Of a stretch of 53,217 nucleotides of DNA, positions 8,194-18,052 are shown piece after piece. Where the stretch lies: IMG/VR virus record IMGVR_UViG_3300009548_000009, positions 1 through 53,217 of that record. One strand, written 5' to 3'. Below the pieces are notes generated by a model. That model was not told the origin of the DNA, did no database searches, and saw only the letters and a program-made list of their open reading frames with translations. Each line of letters opens with the position of its first letter. Positions within the stretch are counted from its first letter, which is position 1. The DNA comes from a virus (lineage: Duplodnaviria; Caudoviricetes). Position numbers and translations under genes: made by a program.

Positions 8194-8803
8194 CTTTTAC
8201 TCTCCTCAAACTCAGCTTCGGATGTAAGTCCATCAGTGCAGCGCCTAATCCAACTTCCCATACAATAAGCGGATAGAACATAACCCGTTCCATGCCGCCT
8301 GTGCCTAACAGACCTGAAAACATCAAAGCGCCGCCTGCAAGCGTGATAATGCCTAATACTATCGAGACGTACGTAAACGGCGGATTAAACCGCTTGTAAA
8401 AGAAAAGCATAACGATTGCGCCAAATACGACTATCAACATTGCAGATGAAATATGCAGATACGGTGCATATTTAAATGGATGCAGCGAAGGGAATACCCC
8501 TACGCCAATTTGACCTAAGCAGGATATACATAAAAGCCCAGTGAATCGGCTGCCGAGCGTTTTACGTACCAGCAGCGCGCCTATTAGTGCGAGTGATCCA
8601 GCGGTTACAAGTGTAATGCCGAAAAGTAGTATCGTTGGCGACAGCGCACCCAGTTCACTGATCGTATCTAAGCGCACCGAATAGGTAGGGTTTAACGCTT
8701 CCATAACAGGTATAAGCAATAGTCCTAAAAATCCGGCCAAGAAAATTAGAGTGCCGCCGAGTTGTTGTTTATCAGTCATCGCTCGAATAAACCCCCGTTT
8801 CAT
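8183..8803 (-). CDS. DUF998-family membrane protein (true start probably MTDKQ at 8779)
   Basis: YS...TISELGA, GVGVFP, H..SA and GGMER motifs; about 6 TM segments. Confidence 0.75.
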   Translation of the reverse strand: MKRGFIRAMTDKQQLGGTLIFLAGFLGLLLIPVMEALNPTYSVRLDTISELGALSPTILLFGITLVTAGSLALIGALLVRKTLGSRFTGLLCISCLGQIGVGVFPSLHPFKYAPYLHISSAMLIVVFGAIVMLFFYKRFNPPFTYVSIVLGIITLAGGALMFSGLLGTGGMERVMFYPLIVWEVGLGAALMDLHPKLSLRRVKDDF

Positions 8804-9263
8804 TTTCGTCGCTTACATCGTGCGGCCATGTTCTAGCGATAACGATGCGCTCTATGCTGCCATCCTTGCGCTTAAAGATGTAACCAATGCGTCCAGGGTA
8901 TAATACATCAAGTTTATCGAAGTCGGTATCGCCTGGATATACTACCCTGAATAACTCCAGCGGCCCCCATCGCTTTGGGTTTACTTCTGCGATTGTATCT
9001 TCTGCCATTGCCTCTCAAATATGTTTAACAGTTTTGCCGTTGCCGAACGTACAACTCACGGCTTTCTTTGTTCGAGATATGAAATGCACGCAGTCGTAAC
9101 AGTTTCTAATTGACCGCGTACCCGTAGTTAATGAGTTCTTACCTGGCCATGGACACGGTACTTTGCCTATATTCTCTGAGGCCCCTGACCATTGGATCGG
9201 AACTTCATGTGTTGCTTCTATCGAGCTCGTGTTAGCCCGCCTCACCTTTGGCTGTGTTACCAT
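8772..9263 (-). CDS. Two small hypothetical proteins (8772-9008; 9015-9263, Cys-rich)
   Basis: Consecutive minus-strand ORFs. Confidence 0.6.
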
Positions 9264-9282
9264 CTTTAAACCTTTAAACAGA

Positions 9283-9612
9283 TCACCTCATAACCGTACC
9301 CATCACGATTAAAATTGCTCCTAAGAGCGCCCTAAAGACGCGCCCACCGTCGCGCATTATGTTGTGCACCTGGCCCTGTTCTATGTAGATACTACCTACA
9401 CCGTCCATGATAATCCAAACTCCTAGACCTACTAATAGCGCCCAGCCCCAGGTTCCGAGGCCTAAGAACGCCATGCACATTAGCGTTACGCCGATGTACG
9501 ACCGTATGATGCGACCGCCATCGAAAACCCAACCGTGAGCTCCTTTCGCTGCGATGCTAACTATCCCATCTAAGAAAAGGATGAGCCCTATTAATGCTGC
9601 TAACCAGATCAT
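9283..9612 (-). CDS. 4-TM membrane protein with internal duplication
   Basis: DGIVSI...H...DGGRIIRSYIG is repeated as DGVGSI...H...DGGRVFRALLG. Confidence 0.75.
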   Translation of the reverse strand: MIWLAALIGLILFLDGIVSIAAKGAHGWVFDGGRIIRSYIGVTLMCMAFLGLGTWGWALLVGLGVWIIMDGVGSIYIEQGQVHNIMRDGGRVFRALLGAILIVMGTVMR

Positions 9613-9615
9613 TTT

Positions 9616-10477
9616 TTACTCCCAACACATCGGATAGTACCAGTACCACTCCACTAATGAAGGGTCTACAGGGTCACGACGACCAGCTGGAATGGGCCAT
9701 TCTTTCTTTTCTTTTTGTTCTGTGTTAGTCATTTTTCAGCCTCTTTTTCTATAAGTTCTGAGTCTACGCATTGATAACAATAGTGAATATTTTTACTCCA
9801 TGGTGGGAGCCACAACTCTCCTTTAAATGGGTGGAAATAGTCACCGCGACAAACATCATAGCCAAAACGACAGGATTTCAATGGCTTATGTTGCTTGCTC
9901 CATAATGGTATTTCTATATTAGTACGATTACATCTCCACTTCATTTTTCAGCCCTCTTTTTTACATTTGTTCCATTCTTTTAAAACCGCGTTATTTTCAT
10001 TCTCTAATACCGGAATAGGCACAACGCTCTGGCAATAAGGACAAAGCACGTACGTCTTATCTCCGTCAAATGTCAGGTAGTGCTTTGGTATTATTGGCTT
10101 CCTGCATTTCTGATTTTGGCATTTGATAGGGGCGTTCACCTTAGCTTATCTCTTTAAGGATCTCGTCAAGCAATTTATGCCGCTTGTCCAACTCGCAATA
10201 ACTGCACCATAGTATTCCATCAACATAAACAGCATGCCCAGAAACGTGCTCGCCGCATCTATTACAGCGCCCAAATGTTAGTTCAGACATCTTTTACTCC
10301 TTTTTGTTTACACCGTATCCATTCGTGCTCAGGACAGTACTTGCGTTGCCTCCAGCCTTTAACCCGAACATAAAACTTGCCTTCCCATCGTCCTTTTTCG
10401 ACTTTTATTGGTGTGCTGCATCCTGGATAAGCGCATTTTTTAATGATAATATGGCGCTTGTCGACAGTCATTGGCAT
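9616..10477 (-). CDS. Five small ORFs (9616-9732, 9729-9944, 9948-10139, 10141-10290, 10283-10477), mostly Cys-rich Zn-binding
   Basis: Tightly packed ORFs with CxxC-type pairs; two were hand-translated. Confidence 0.62.
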
Positions 10478-11254
10478 TTATTCTTCCCTACTAGACGTCA
10501 TCATTATCCCCATGAATTCAGCTTCAGTTTGTATTCCTTTTCGAGCATTGCATTCTCGACATGCGAGCGCTACATTCGTTATATCATTAGAGCCGCCGCG
10601 TGATATAGGGATCTTGTGTTCTATTTCAAAATAATATTCGAGAGTACCGTTAATAAAAAATGATGCCCCACAATAATAGCAGCGGTGATTTTGTTGATCG
10701 GCTAAAGCTAAGACGTCTTTTTGTTTAACCACACCTTCATTCTGACGCGCTTTTACTCTTCGTCGGTGCGTGGCAATCTTCTTAATTGCTGCATATTTAA
10801 TATGGTTCTTCTTTTTACTCTCTATCGCAGATAAATTATCTGCTTTTCTTTGGCAGTCGCTACAACGCTTTTTTAGCGGGCTTCGTGCCATTAATATTAT
10901 TCCACAATCAATGCATTTAATCTCTTTATGAAATGGTCCTTTGTAGTTGTATGTCCTTATATGAAAATTCCAAGCTTTTTCTGCAGATATAGCAGTTGAA
11001 CATGAATGACAATATCTTCTATTCTTACCAGGTCCTGATAAAAGCATTATAGTACCACATTTTACGCACGGCTTAATCCTCGGTAAGCGAGGTTTATAAT
11101 AATATTTTGAACCCCCTTCGCGTTCTCTTTTTGCTCGCATTAATTCTGCATTGACTTTCTTCCTACACTCATCGCAATATTTTCTGAGCTTTGAGCGCCA
11201 ATACAAAGTCATAACCTTGCCGCAGTGCTCACATGTTTTTATTAGCGGTTCCAT
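10478..11254 (-). CDS. HNH endonuclease with three N-terminal Zn-finger repeats
   Basis: CYYCG...IEHKIPISRGGSNDITNVALACRECNARKG; repeated CxxCG...(Y/R)CxxC. Confidence 0.88.
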   Translation of the reverse strand: MEPLIKTCEHCGKVMTLYWRSKLRKYCDECRKKVNAELMRAKREREGGSKYYYKPRLPRIKPCVKCGTIMLLSGPGKNRRYCHSCSTAISAEKAWNFHIRTYNYKGPFHKEIKCIDCGIILMARSPLKKRCSDCQRKADNLSAIESKKKNHIKYAAIKKIATHRRRVKARQNEGVVKQKDVLALADQQNHRCYYCGASFFINGTLEYYFEIEHKIPISRGGSNDITNVALACRECNARKGIQTEAEFMGIMMTSSREE

Positions 11255-12127
11255 CTATTCTTCCTCTGGTAGCGCCATGCTTGCCTCACCTAGTGCTGAT
11301 TCTTCCTCTTCTGGTGATAGTTCGCTTTCTTCTTCTGAGGGCCCCGTCGAATATTCTAAGACGCACATACAATTAATGGTTTCAGAAGCTGGGCCGCTTG
11401 GATCACCAGGATATGCCAAATCGCCGTCTTCAAGTTCAAAAACGTCATCTATTGCGATTTCTGTGCCTTCAATTTCCTCGTGGCTAGGGCGTGGGTTTCC
11501 AGATGTAGTCCACCAAATTTTTGTTGCTCCGTCTGGAAGCAAGTCTTTAGCAGTTTCATTGCTCGCGTAAGAATATGCCCCGTGCGTCTCAGTAGTCGCA
11601 ATTGTACGCGCCCTACTATCTGATACATTATCAAAATCATCTACTAGATCATCGGCTATCTCGTCCTGTGTCTTACCCTCACTTACACCGCTTCTTAACG
11701 TATTCGCTAACCACTCCTGGTCTGTGTCAGTTATCCCATCAATCTTAGTTCCTGCGTGCTGATCCATCCATTCATCTGCATAATCCTGATAATCCTTTTG
11801 AATTATTTCCTCTGTCTTTTTAACTGGATTATGATGTTCTTTTACAAAGTCTTCAGCTTCCTCAGCGGCGTTGAGCCATACTTGCTTGAGTGCTCGAGAC
11901 CACATAGGTTTAAAGTTCACTTTGAAGAATAACGGTAAGCCTTCTATCGCCATTTTTGGTGTCCTTGAACGGACATAGCGTAAAATCAAAGGTTTCTGTT
12001 TGCGATAGACGGCGCGTATGATATTGTAGTTCTGACCGCCGTGAAACGCTCCTTTAGAGTCTTCACGTCCTATGATATTGTTCATGAGGAGTTTATGCCT
12101 GTGGATCAAGTTGGTTTTGCTTGCCAT
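11255..12127 (-). CDS. Minor head protein, Mu gpF/SPP1 gp7 family
   Basis: RARTIATTET, KIWWT...RPSH and YPGDPSG...ETINCMC motifs. Confidence 0.88.
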   Translation of the reverse strand: MASKTNLIHRHKLLMNNIIGREDSKGAFHGGQNYNIIRAVYRKQKPLILRYVRSRTPKMAIEGLPLFFKVNFKPMWSRALKQVWLNAAEEAEDFVKEHHNPVKKTEEIIQKDYQDYADEWMDQHAGTKIDGITDTDQEWLANTLRSGVSEGKTQDEIADDLVDDFDNVSDSRARTIATTETHGAYSYASNETAKDLLPDGATKIWWTTSGNPRPSHEEIEGTEIAIDDVFELEDGDLAYPGDPSGPASETINCMCVLEYSTGPSEEESELSPEEEESALGEASMALPEEE

Positions 12128-12758
12128 TTGTTCTTAGTTTATGTTTTGAGGCACGTTCTGAGGCACGTTCTAAAACAAAAGTAAGTCTTTGAATCGTTTC
12201 CTCTTTGAGGGCGCTTCTCTGTTCGTAATAATCCCACCACTCTTTAGCTGTGTTTACTTCGATTTGCAGTTGTTCAATGAGTGCGTCTTTCCGCCTGATC
12301 TCTTCTCTTTGGTTTCTGGTTAGTATCGTAAGAGTTTTTGCTCTAGCTTTCGGAGCACACCTATTATGAAAACGTGCATTAGAAACTTTTGCTTTACCTG
12401 GTTTTTTACAATATTCACAAATAAATTTTTTTAAAGGCTTGTTCGCGTACCACCGGCGCTCCCTTTCTAGGTAATATTCTCTATAACTCAAATCTTCTTT
12501 TATCCTTATCTTTGTTGCAGCCTCCTCTAAAAGACGACCGCAATAGTAGCAAAAATCAGTATTACTATTATTATTCCAATAACTGTTCTTACACCGAAGG
12601 CATATTCGTTCTCTAATGTTTTTCCCATGTGCTGAGTGATACTTACCTCTACATTCGGGATTGCAAAAATGCCTCTTGAGTCCTAGCTCGGACGAGCTAA
12701 TTTCTATTTCTTTTCCACACCAATCACAATTGACTATAACTGTCTTACGTAGCACCAT
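12093..12758 (-). CDS. Multi-Zn-finger protein with C-terminal coiled coil
   Basis: CDWCGK...FCNPEC, CLRC...CYYC and CEYC...HNRC. Confidence 0.7.
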   Translation of the reverse strand: MVLRKTVIVNCDWCGKEIEISSSELGLKRHFCNPECRGKYHSAHGKNIRERICLRCKNSYWNNNSNTDFCYYCGRLLEEAATKIRIKEDLSYREYYLERERRWYANKPLKKFICEYCKKPGKAKVSNARFHNRCAPKARAKTLTILTRNQREEIRRKDALIEQLQIEVNTAKEWWDYYEQRSALKEETIQRLTFVLERASERASKHKLRTNGKQNQLDPQA

Positions 12759-12797
12759 TCTGTGCCCCCTAAAAAGGAAAAAGCCGCATAAAGCGGC

Positions 12798-13640
12798 TTA
12801 TCGCTCACATCCTTTCGTGAACCAACCATATTCTGGTCTCCAACAATCCTGGCGTTCCTGTATTGGCTCAATTACTAAAGGAGGTTCTTTTTGATCGCCT
12901 ACTGCCTTTGCTTGCACGAACTTACTCTGGTCAAATACGTCTCTAAGGTGCTCAGTAAATCCTTCTATTCCCTCCTCATCTAGCGTTAATTTGCCAGAAC
13001 TGTAGATCTTTATATATTGAGTGGGGAGTTTATCACCCTTCCCGCGCATCCATTCCCGATATATACGCACCTCTGCCACATCAAGAATGCCTGGCTGCAT
13101 GTGATAATGACGCATTTCTTGTTGGTGTTGCTCGGTTATTGCTTTCTTGACGCTTTCGTCGTCGAGAAACAACATGTTAGAAAGCGGCGTGTTCTTCATG
13201 CTCACTGCATATTCCGTGTCTGGATGAAAGCGTTTTGCTCCCTCCTTTTTATTGAGCACGTCGCCTAGGTCTGGCATCTTTCCTCTCACCACTATATTGT
13301 GAATGGTCAGGTCGTCGCAATGGCTCTGTCTGATATAATCGATTGTTTCGTTCACTGGGAACTCAGCTCTCTCTTTACTTCGTCTAACGTCGTAGGTTAC
13401 CCCAACGTCTTCGACGCACTTCACTTTATGTCGTAGGAATTGAGGGAGGTCTGATTCTATCGGTTCGTTGTTCTTTAGCCAACCGCGCGATGCCATCAAG
13501 CGCAGTATCTTTTCTTGTTTCACCATCGGAATGATGCGGGTGAAGCAATTCGACGCAATGAACGACTCGGTTTTGATCTTCTTGTACAAAAGATTCGCAT
13601 CGGTCGTCGTTGCGACGCTTCGTTCGTCTATTTCATTCAT
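12798..13640 (-). CDS. Hypothetical protein (280 aa)
   Basis: Long ORF with no motif I recognise. Confidence 0.75.
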   Translation of the reverse strand: MNEIDERSVATTTDANLLYKKIKTESFIASNCFTRIIPMVKQEKILRLMASRGWLKNNEPIESDLPQFLRHKVKCVEDVGVTYDVRRSKERAEFPVNETIDYIRQSHCDDLTIHNIVVRGKMPDLGDVLNKKEGAKRFHPDTEYAVSMKNTPLSNMLFLDDESVKKAITEQHQQEMRHYHMQPGILDVAEVRIYREWMRGKGDKLPTQYIKIYSSGKLTLDEEGIEGFTEHLRDVFDQSKFVQAKAVGDQKEPPLVIEPIQERQDCWRPEYGWFTKGCER

Positions 13641-13704
13641 TGGTTTTTCAACTCTTTTTTTAAGTTAGGGGCTAACAGCCACATGACTACTAGCCTTTCC
13701 TACT

Positions 13705-14416
13705 TCATTTCAGCACTCCAAATACAATAACCACAGCCAGCACCCAGGGCACGATACAAAAAGCAACGGTCATCGCATGATCTTTTTTAGCATTCCGGTG
13801 TCGAAGGCAGTAGGAGCGGTAGCCCATTGGGATTAATCTGTTTATTCTAATATCCCTAATCTCTTCACGATAGCGTTCGATTCTTTTTTCTATTCTTTCA
13901 ATCTTTTTAGTCCTTTCCATTTAACCCCTCCTTATCTGAAATGTTCTGCAGTCTCATCATAACGCCCCACCCTCTGCTCAGCTTTTTCGGATCACCGGCA
14001 TAGGACGGGCATGCCTCGGTAAATGCGCTTATTGTTTCGCCTGTGTCCCTGCAGCGGATGTGTAGGTCTCTCAACGTATATGCCCGCCTGCAGGTGTGGC
14101 AGCGTTTTATTTTGGCCATTTCTTGCATAAGAGTTACACAGTACAAGCGTTAGGTCTAAGCTTATTAGCTCCTCGTGCTCGGTAGGAAGGTTAAACCCTC
14201 GTGCTTTGCAGTAGTACGCATTATGTCGTATGACTGCGTTCGAGCAGCTGTTACACGGCGAAGGAAGCTTCATTTTTCACCCTCTTTTATATTCGTATCC
14301 TGGTGCATCCATGCCTCTCTACAGGCTGAATGGATAGTGTACGGCATGGCATCCCTTACCCCACTATAATGTGGTTCGCGTGATTTTATCTCCCTGCCGC
14401 ATTGTTCGCACAGCAT
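13705..14416 (-). CDS. Small coupled ORFs (13705-13920 with C-terminal TM; 13907-14146 and 13992-14273 Cys-rich, overlapping, starts uncertain; 14270-14416 Zn-finger)
   Basis: ORF track plus the hand-translated 48-aa MLCEQCGREIK...KEGEK. Confidence 0.5.
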
Positions 14417-14419
14417 GTT

Positions 14420-14620
14420 TTACCTCTTAAGATGGTACATAATCCGCCTACCGTCAGTTGTTGAGAGCCACATACCTACCTTTCCATCCTGGCGTAGTTG
14501 CAGTAAATACCTACATGTCGTAGGCTGCGAGGTCTTTGTTGCTTTTGCTAGTTCCCGGGAAGTACAGGGGCCTATTTGTGCCATTGCTGTAAGATAAAGA
14601 CTCTCAGAATAGAGCTTCAT
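14420..14620 (-). CDS. Winged-HTH DNA-binding protein
   Basis: GPCTSRELAKATKTSQPTTCRYLLQLRQDGKV followed by a wing hairpin. Confidence 0.8.
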   Translation of the reverse strand: MKLYSESLYLTAMAQIGPCTSRELAKATKTSQPTTCRYLLQLRQDGKVGMWLSTTDGRRIMYHLKR

Positions 14621-14623
14621 TCT

Positions 14624-15571
14624 TCAACCGTAGCCAACATCATACTGTAATGGTTTTTGATCGCTTTCTTTCATCTCATGGAGTTTCATTTGAATCCTCA
14701 GAGCAAGTTCAAGCCGCTGTAAATACTCATGATAATCATCGCGCATTTTAGTAACTTCTGGATCGCTGTCAGGTATGCCTCTTCTTTGTAAGATATTCAA
14801 CAATGTAGCAAGCCCTGTGACTATTGATTCGCACGACATTACCATAAAGGCCGCGATATCTGCTCCGTTGAGTGTGATCTCAATCTCTTTAAGTTCTAGT
14901 TCCTCAACCATTTGATAGGCCTCATTTATTTGGTGATCTTAGATAGTTCGCTCTACAAGCGAGGTGCAACTGGTACTGCTCACCGTCTCGCATCCCAATA
15001 AGAATAGACTCGCGTTCCTTTATCTCCCTGCCGCAGTAGGTGCAATTTTCGGTCATTTTTCACTCTTCACGCGTACCAAAAGTCCCCCTCATATTTTCTA
15101 ATAAGTTTCATTCCTTCCGTGTACCCTGCTTCTTCTAGCACATCAAAACATAAATCATCTATCTTACTGTGAGCTTCTTCGTTATCAAAGATTCCAAGTT
15201 CCCCATTATAACTTAGGGCTTCCTTAACTTTCTTTTCAAATTCTTCTGGTGTCATTTTTCAATCTCCCATAAAATGTGCATATTCTTAGGCATGCCAAAT
15301 AGCAGCCACATCATGGTCCGGTAGTGCTTTTTTAAGGTGGTCATTTTTCATTCCCGATTAGCTGCCCAAGCGCAGTAATATCTTTTATTTCTGTATTTGG
15401 GATGGTTAACCAACTGTTGTCACATGAGGGGCATGCAGTAACCACCAACCCTTCCTTGTCAAATAAACATTCTGGTATAATCTCAAGTTGTTCTTTCTCG
15501 CAAAACGGACACGTTATAAATACAGATGTTGGTTCTGCTTTAGATTTTGGTTTTGGTGATGCTTTAACCAT
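14624..15571 (-). CDS. Small ORFs 14624-14911, 14922-15056 (Zn-finger), 15067-15255, 15341-15571 (Zn-ribbon)
   Basis: Consecutive minus-strand ORFs, several with junction-motif-like starts. Confidence 0.62.
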
Positions 15572-15574
15572 TTT

Positions 15575-16219
15575 TCAGCCACCTGATTTAAACTGCGTAG
15601 TGCTCGGAAGAAACTGGACAATACGAGGCCACTCGTCTCCCCGCTGGTTCTTTACGTTCTTCACCATCACTCTCACATGCTGGCCCAGGAGGTCATCAGT
15701 AGTCAGCGACTCAGGATACCCACCTAGTGTAACGCTAACTAAATCACGCAGTATTGAGCCTTCATTATAGTTTAGTGACATGCGCCTGGTTATCTCGCCA
15801 AAAGAGGTTTCAAAAGAGATGTATAAAAACGTCCTGACTCCAGGGCTGCCGTCTGGTGTTTTATTGTAATAGTCTGGATCTTCGCTTGTCCATGTTTTCC
15901 TTATTACAGCTTCGTAAACGTCTTCTTTTACTGCACTAAGATGCTTCTTGCGGATTATTTCTATTGTTTCATGCTTTGGGCCGCGTTCTTCTGTTGAGCT
16001 TGCAGAATTTGGAGTATCAACATTTACTACTTTATATGGCCTTTCATCTGCCCTTTCTGCGTTAACTTCTGAGGGAGTCATATAACGCGGTTCTTTTTTG
16101 GGTTTAGTTACTTTAAATGCCTTTGCTGCTTCATCCTCTTCAGACTCACTGGGGATAAATTCTTCCTCTTTTCTGGCCTGTTCAGCTTTCCATTCTTCTT
16201 CTGTTTTTAGTTCTTTCAT
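15575..16219 (-). CDS. Probable phage single-stranded DNA-binding protein (DUF669-like OB fold)
   Basis: YEAVI...F.T......S.L..L......DDLLGQHVRVMV......WPRI pattern. Start moved to MKELKT, which follows a junction motif. Confidence 0.55.
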   Translation of the reverse strand: MKELKTEEEWKAEQARKEEEFIPSESEEDEAAKAFKVTKPKKEPRYMTPSEVNAERADERPYKVVNVDTPNSASSTEERGPKHETIEIIRKKHLSAVKEDVYEAVIRKTWTSEDPDYYNKTPDGSPGVRTFLYISFETSFGEITRRMSLNYNEGSILRDLVSVTLGGYPESLTTDDLLGQHVRVMVKNVKNQRGDEWPRIVQFLPSTTQFKSGG

Positions 16220-16347
16220 TTTTCTGCCTCTTTCGTAATTGAGACTATTCCCCATTCTATACTTCCGTCTTCTCTTTTTATTCGTTTGGCTTCTGCACGA
16301 ATTCCCTTTGTCACAATAGTTACTTTAGTTGGATGATCTGTCATTTT

Positions 16348-16530
16348 TCACCCCAATATCACCTTTTTTAAGATCTCTTCAACCATCGCCGATACTGGCA
16401 GCATTTCATCGTGCGCCATTTTCTCTACTGTTTCGCGTATATCAGGTCCGAGCCAGATGTAGAGCTTTCTGTATCCTTCCTCTGCTCTTCTCCTTTCCCA
16501 TAACATCTTTTTACTTTGATATTTTACCAT
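16348..16530 (-). CDS. Ribbon-helix-helix-like regulator
   Basis: KLYIWL strand, then a helix, then VSAMVEEIL. Confidence 0.6.
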   Translation of the reverse strand: MVKYQSKKMLWERRRAEEGYRKLYIWLGPDIRETVEKMAHDEMLPVSAMVEEILKKVILG

Positions 16531-16823
16531 CTTACTAGTTTCAGATTTTAATGTTGAGTCTTAGTTTATAGACTTCCTCAGCTAACGCGCAGAGGGCCTC
16601 TGCGAGCAGGAGCACGTCGCGACTGTACAATTCTTTACATTCATCTTCTTGTATTTCGCTCAGTCTGTGGTCAAGTTCCAGGAATCCCAACGTTATCACT
16701 CCTTATTACAACTTTACGTTCAAGCGTCGTGCAAGCATATCAAAACCCTTAAAGATCAAGAGCCCTTCAACCAAGACTCCGACGCCTATGCAAAGTTCAA
16801 TCACAATCAGTTCGATTATCATA

Positions 16824-17180
16824 TCAGATCAGCTGTTTCCATTTCGGTCTATTTTTAATCTTATTGTTCCAAATTCTTGCATCTTCAACTACATCAGGAT
16901 TATAGCTTACCCATCTACATAAATGGCCGAAAGACCAGTGATGCGTACGGCAAAGCGTTATCAGATTATCCTCATCCAATTCTTTTTCCGGATACCACTG
17001 GAACGGCAACACATGATGAACAGCGCTGTTATTGCTACGAGCTATAGCGCCACATACTGCACAAGCGGGGTGTTTTTTCCTGAACCGTCTGCTTACTCTA
17101 GACCAGTTAGGACTCCTAGCGTATGTAGAGAGAAAAAGCCTATCTCTGCGTATATCACGTAACGTAACACTTGCGCTCAT
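16824..17180 (-). CDS. HNH endonuclease
   Basis: CAVCG...VHHVLP...NLITLCRTHH...H. Confidence 0.88.
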   Translation of the reverse strand: MSASVTLRDIRRDRLFLSTYARSPNWSRVSRRFRKKHPACAVCGAIARSNNSAVHHVLPFQWYPEKELDEDNLITLCRTHHWSFGHLCRWVSYNPDVVEDARIWNNKIKNRPKWKQLI

Positions 17181-17415
17181 ACCACACTTTCTCTGTTCTG
17201 ACGTATCCTTCCTTTTCTAATGTTCTGATCCGATGATACAGCATAGGTTGTTTTAATCCGCTGAACCGACCGAGCACAAGACACATCCAAATCATTTTTA
17301 CGTTACTGCCTGGCCGGTCGCGGAGGCAGTCAAGTATTCCCTGATCCAAAAGATCAAGTTCGCTGCTAGAGTCGGTTCGCCATTCACGGTACTTGGATGT
17401 CTGTCTCTTGAGCAA
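17155..17415 (-). CDS. Winged-HTH protein
   Basis: LDQGILDCL...PG...LYHRIRTLEKEGYV. Confidence 0.7.
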   Translation of the reverse strand: MLKRQTSKYREWRTDSSSELDLLDQGILDCLRDRPGSNVKMIWMCLVLGRFSGLKQPMLYHRIRTLEKEGYVRTEKVWYERKCYVT

Positions 17416-18052
17416 TATGCGCCTCCTCGTTAACCTGGATTAATCCTTCAGTATGCCGTTTTTCTTGGACTGATCTCCGTATATCCTCAATCTGCCTTAG
17501 GTGCTCTTTAACACTGTCTTCTAGCTGTGAGATTACTTCCCAGATAGAATTGAATTCTTTGGTAATTTGCTCATGTGTTAAATCATGGTTCATCGTACGC
17601 CTACCTTGATGATTAACGAAAGACCGTATAGGATTATGACCGTTGCAATGCCGTTTAAAAACAGGAACCAGTACAGCTTAGCAACTGTAACCCATGTTTC
17701 ACGAAAAAGAGTATGCCGCCTATTAATTTTAGTTGTGGTTGTGATATTAGCAGTATTAGCAGCCATCTTTATCCCCCCATTGATTACAGGAATGATCTTT
17801 CTCAAAATAAGCACGCTGCGGGATACACCAGCGGTGCGGAGCGTAGCTGTCTGAGTTACGCACGTTTATGCAGGTGTCGCACCTTCTTTCCTGAGACATT
17901 CAGATGCACCCCCATTCATAAGAAAGCACTGGTCTTATAAAAACGTTTATGCGCTGGCGCTGGTCACACTGGTGGCATGTGTGCATAAAAGCCTGCTCCT
18001 CTTCACCTAGTGAAGCGCCGCAATATTTACAGTGCTCGCCGTCGATGATCAT
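17384..18052 (-). CDS. Four small ORFs (17384-17593 coiled coil; 17590-17767 TM; 17756-17899 and 17900-18052 Cys-rich)
   Basis: They tile the region with overlapping starts and stops; two were hand-translated. Confidence 0.58.

Larger units (their letters stand above)
5409..9956 (-). repeat. Dispersed gene-junction repeat GAAAAAGAGGCTGAAAAATGA
   Basis: Exact 21-mer at 7440, 8071, 9729 and 18049. Exact 14-mer core also at 7677 and 7873. Variants at 5410, 5532, 6789, 6897, 7001, 7189, 7536, 9942, 14271, 15569 and 16217. Confidence 0.9.

Noticed and set aside
5409-9956. Junction repeats as a CRISPR array or classical integron attC sites
   Set aside because: The spacers are 100-250 bp or longer intact ORFs, the repeat is not palindromic, there is no RYYYAAC/GTTRRRY structure, and no IntI or Cas gene is present.
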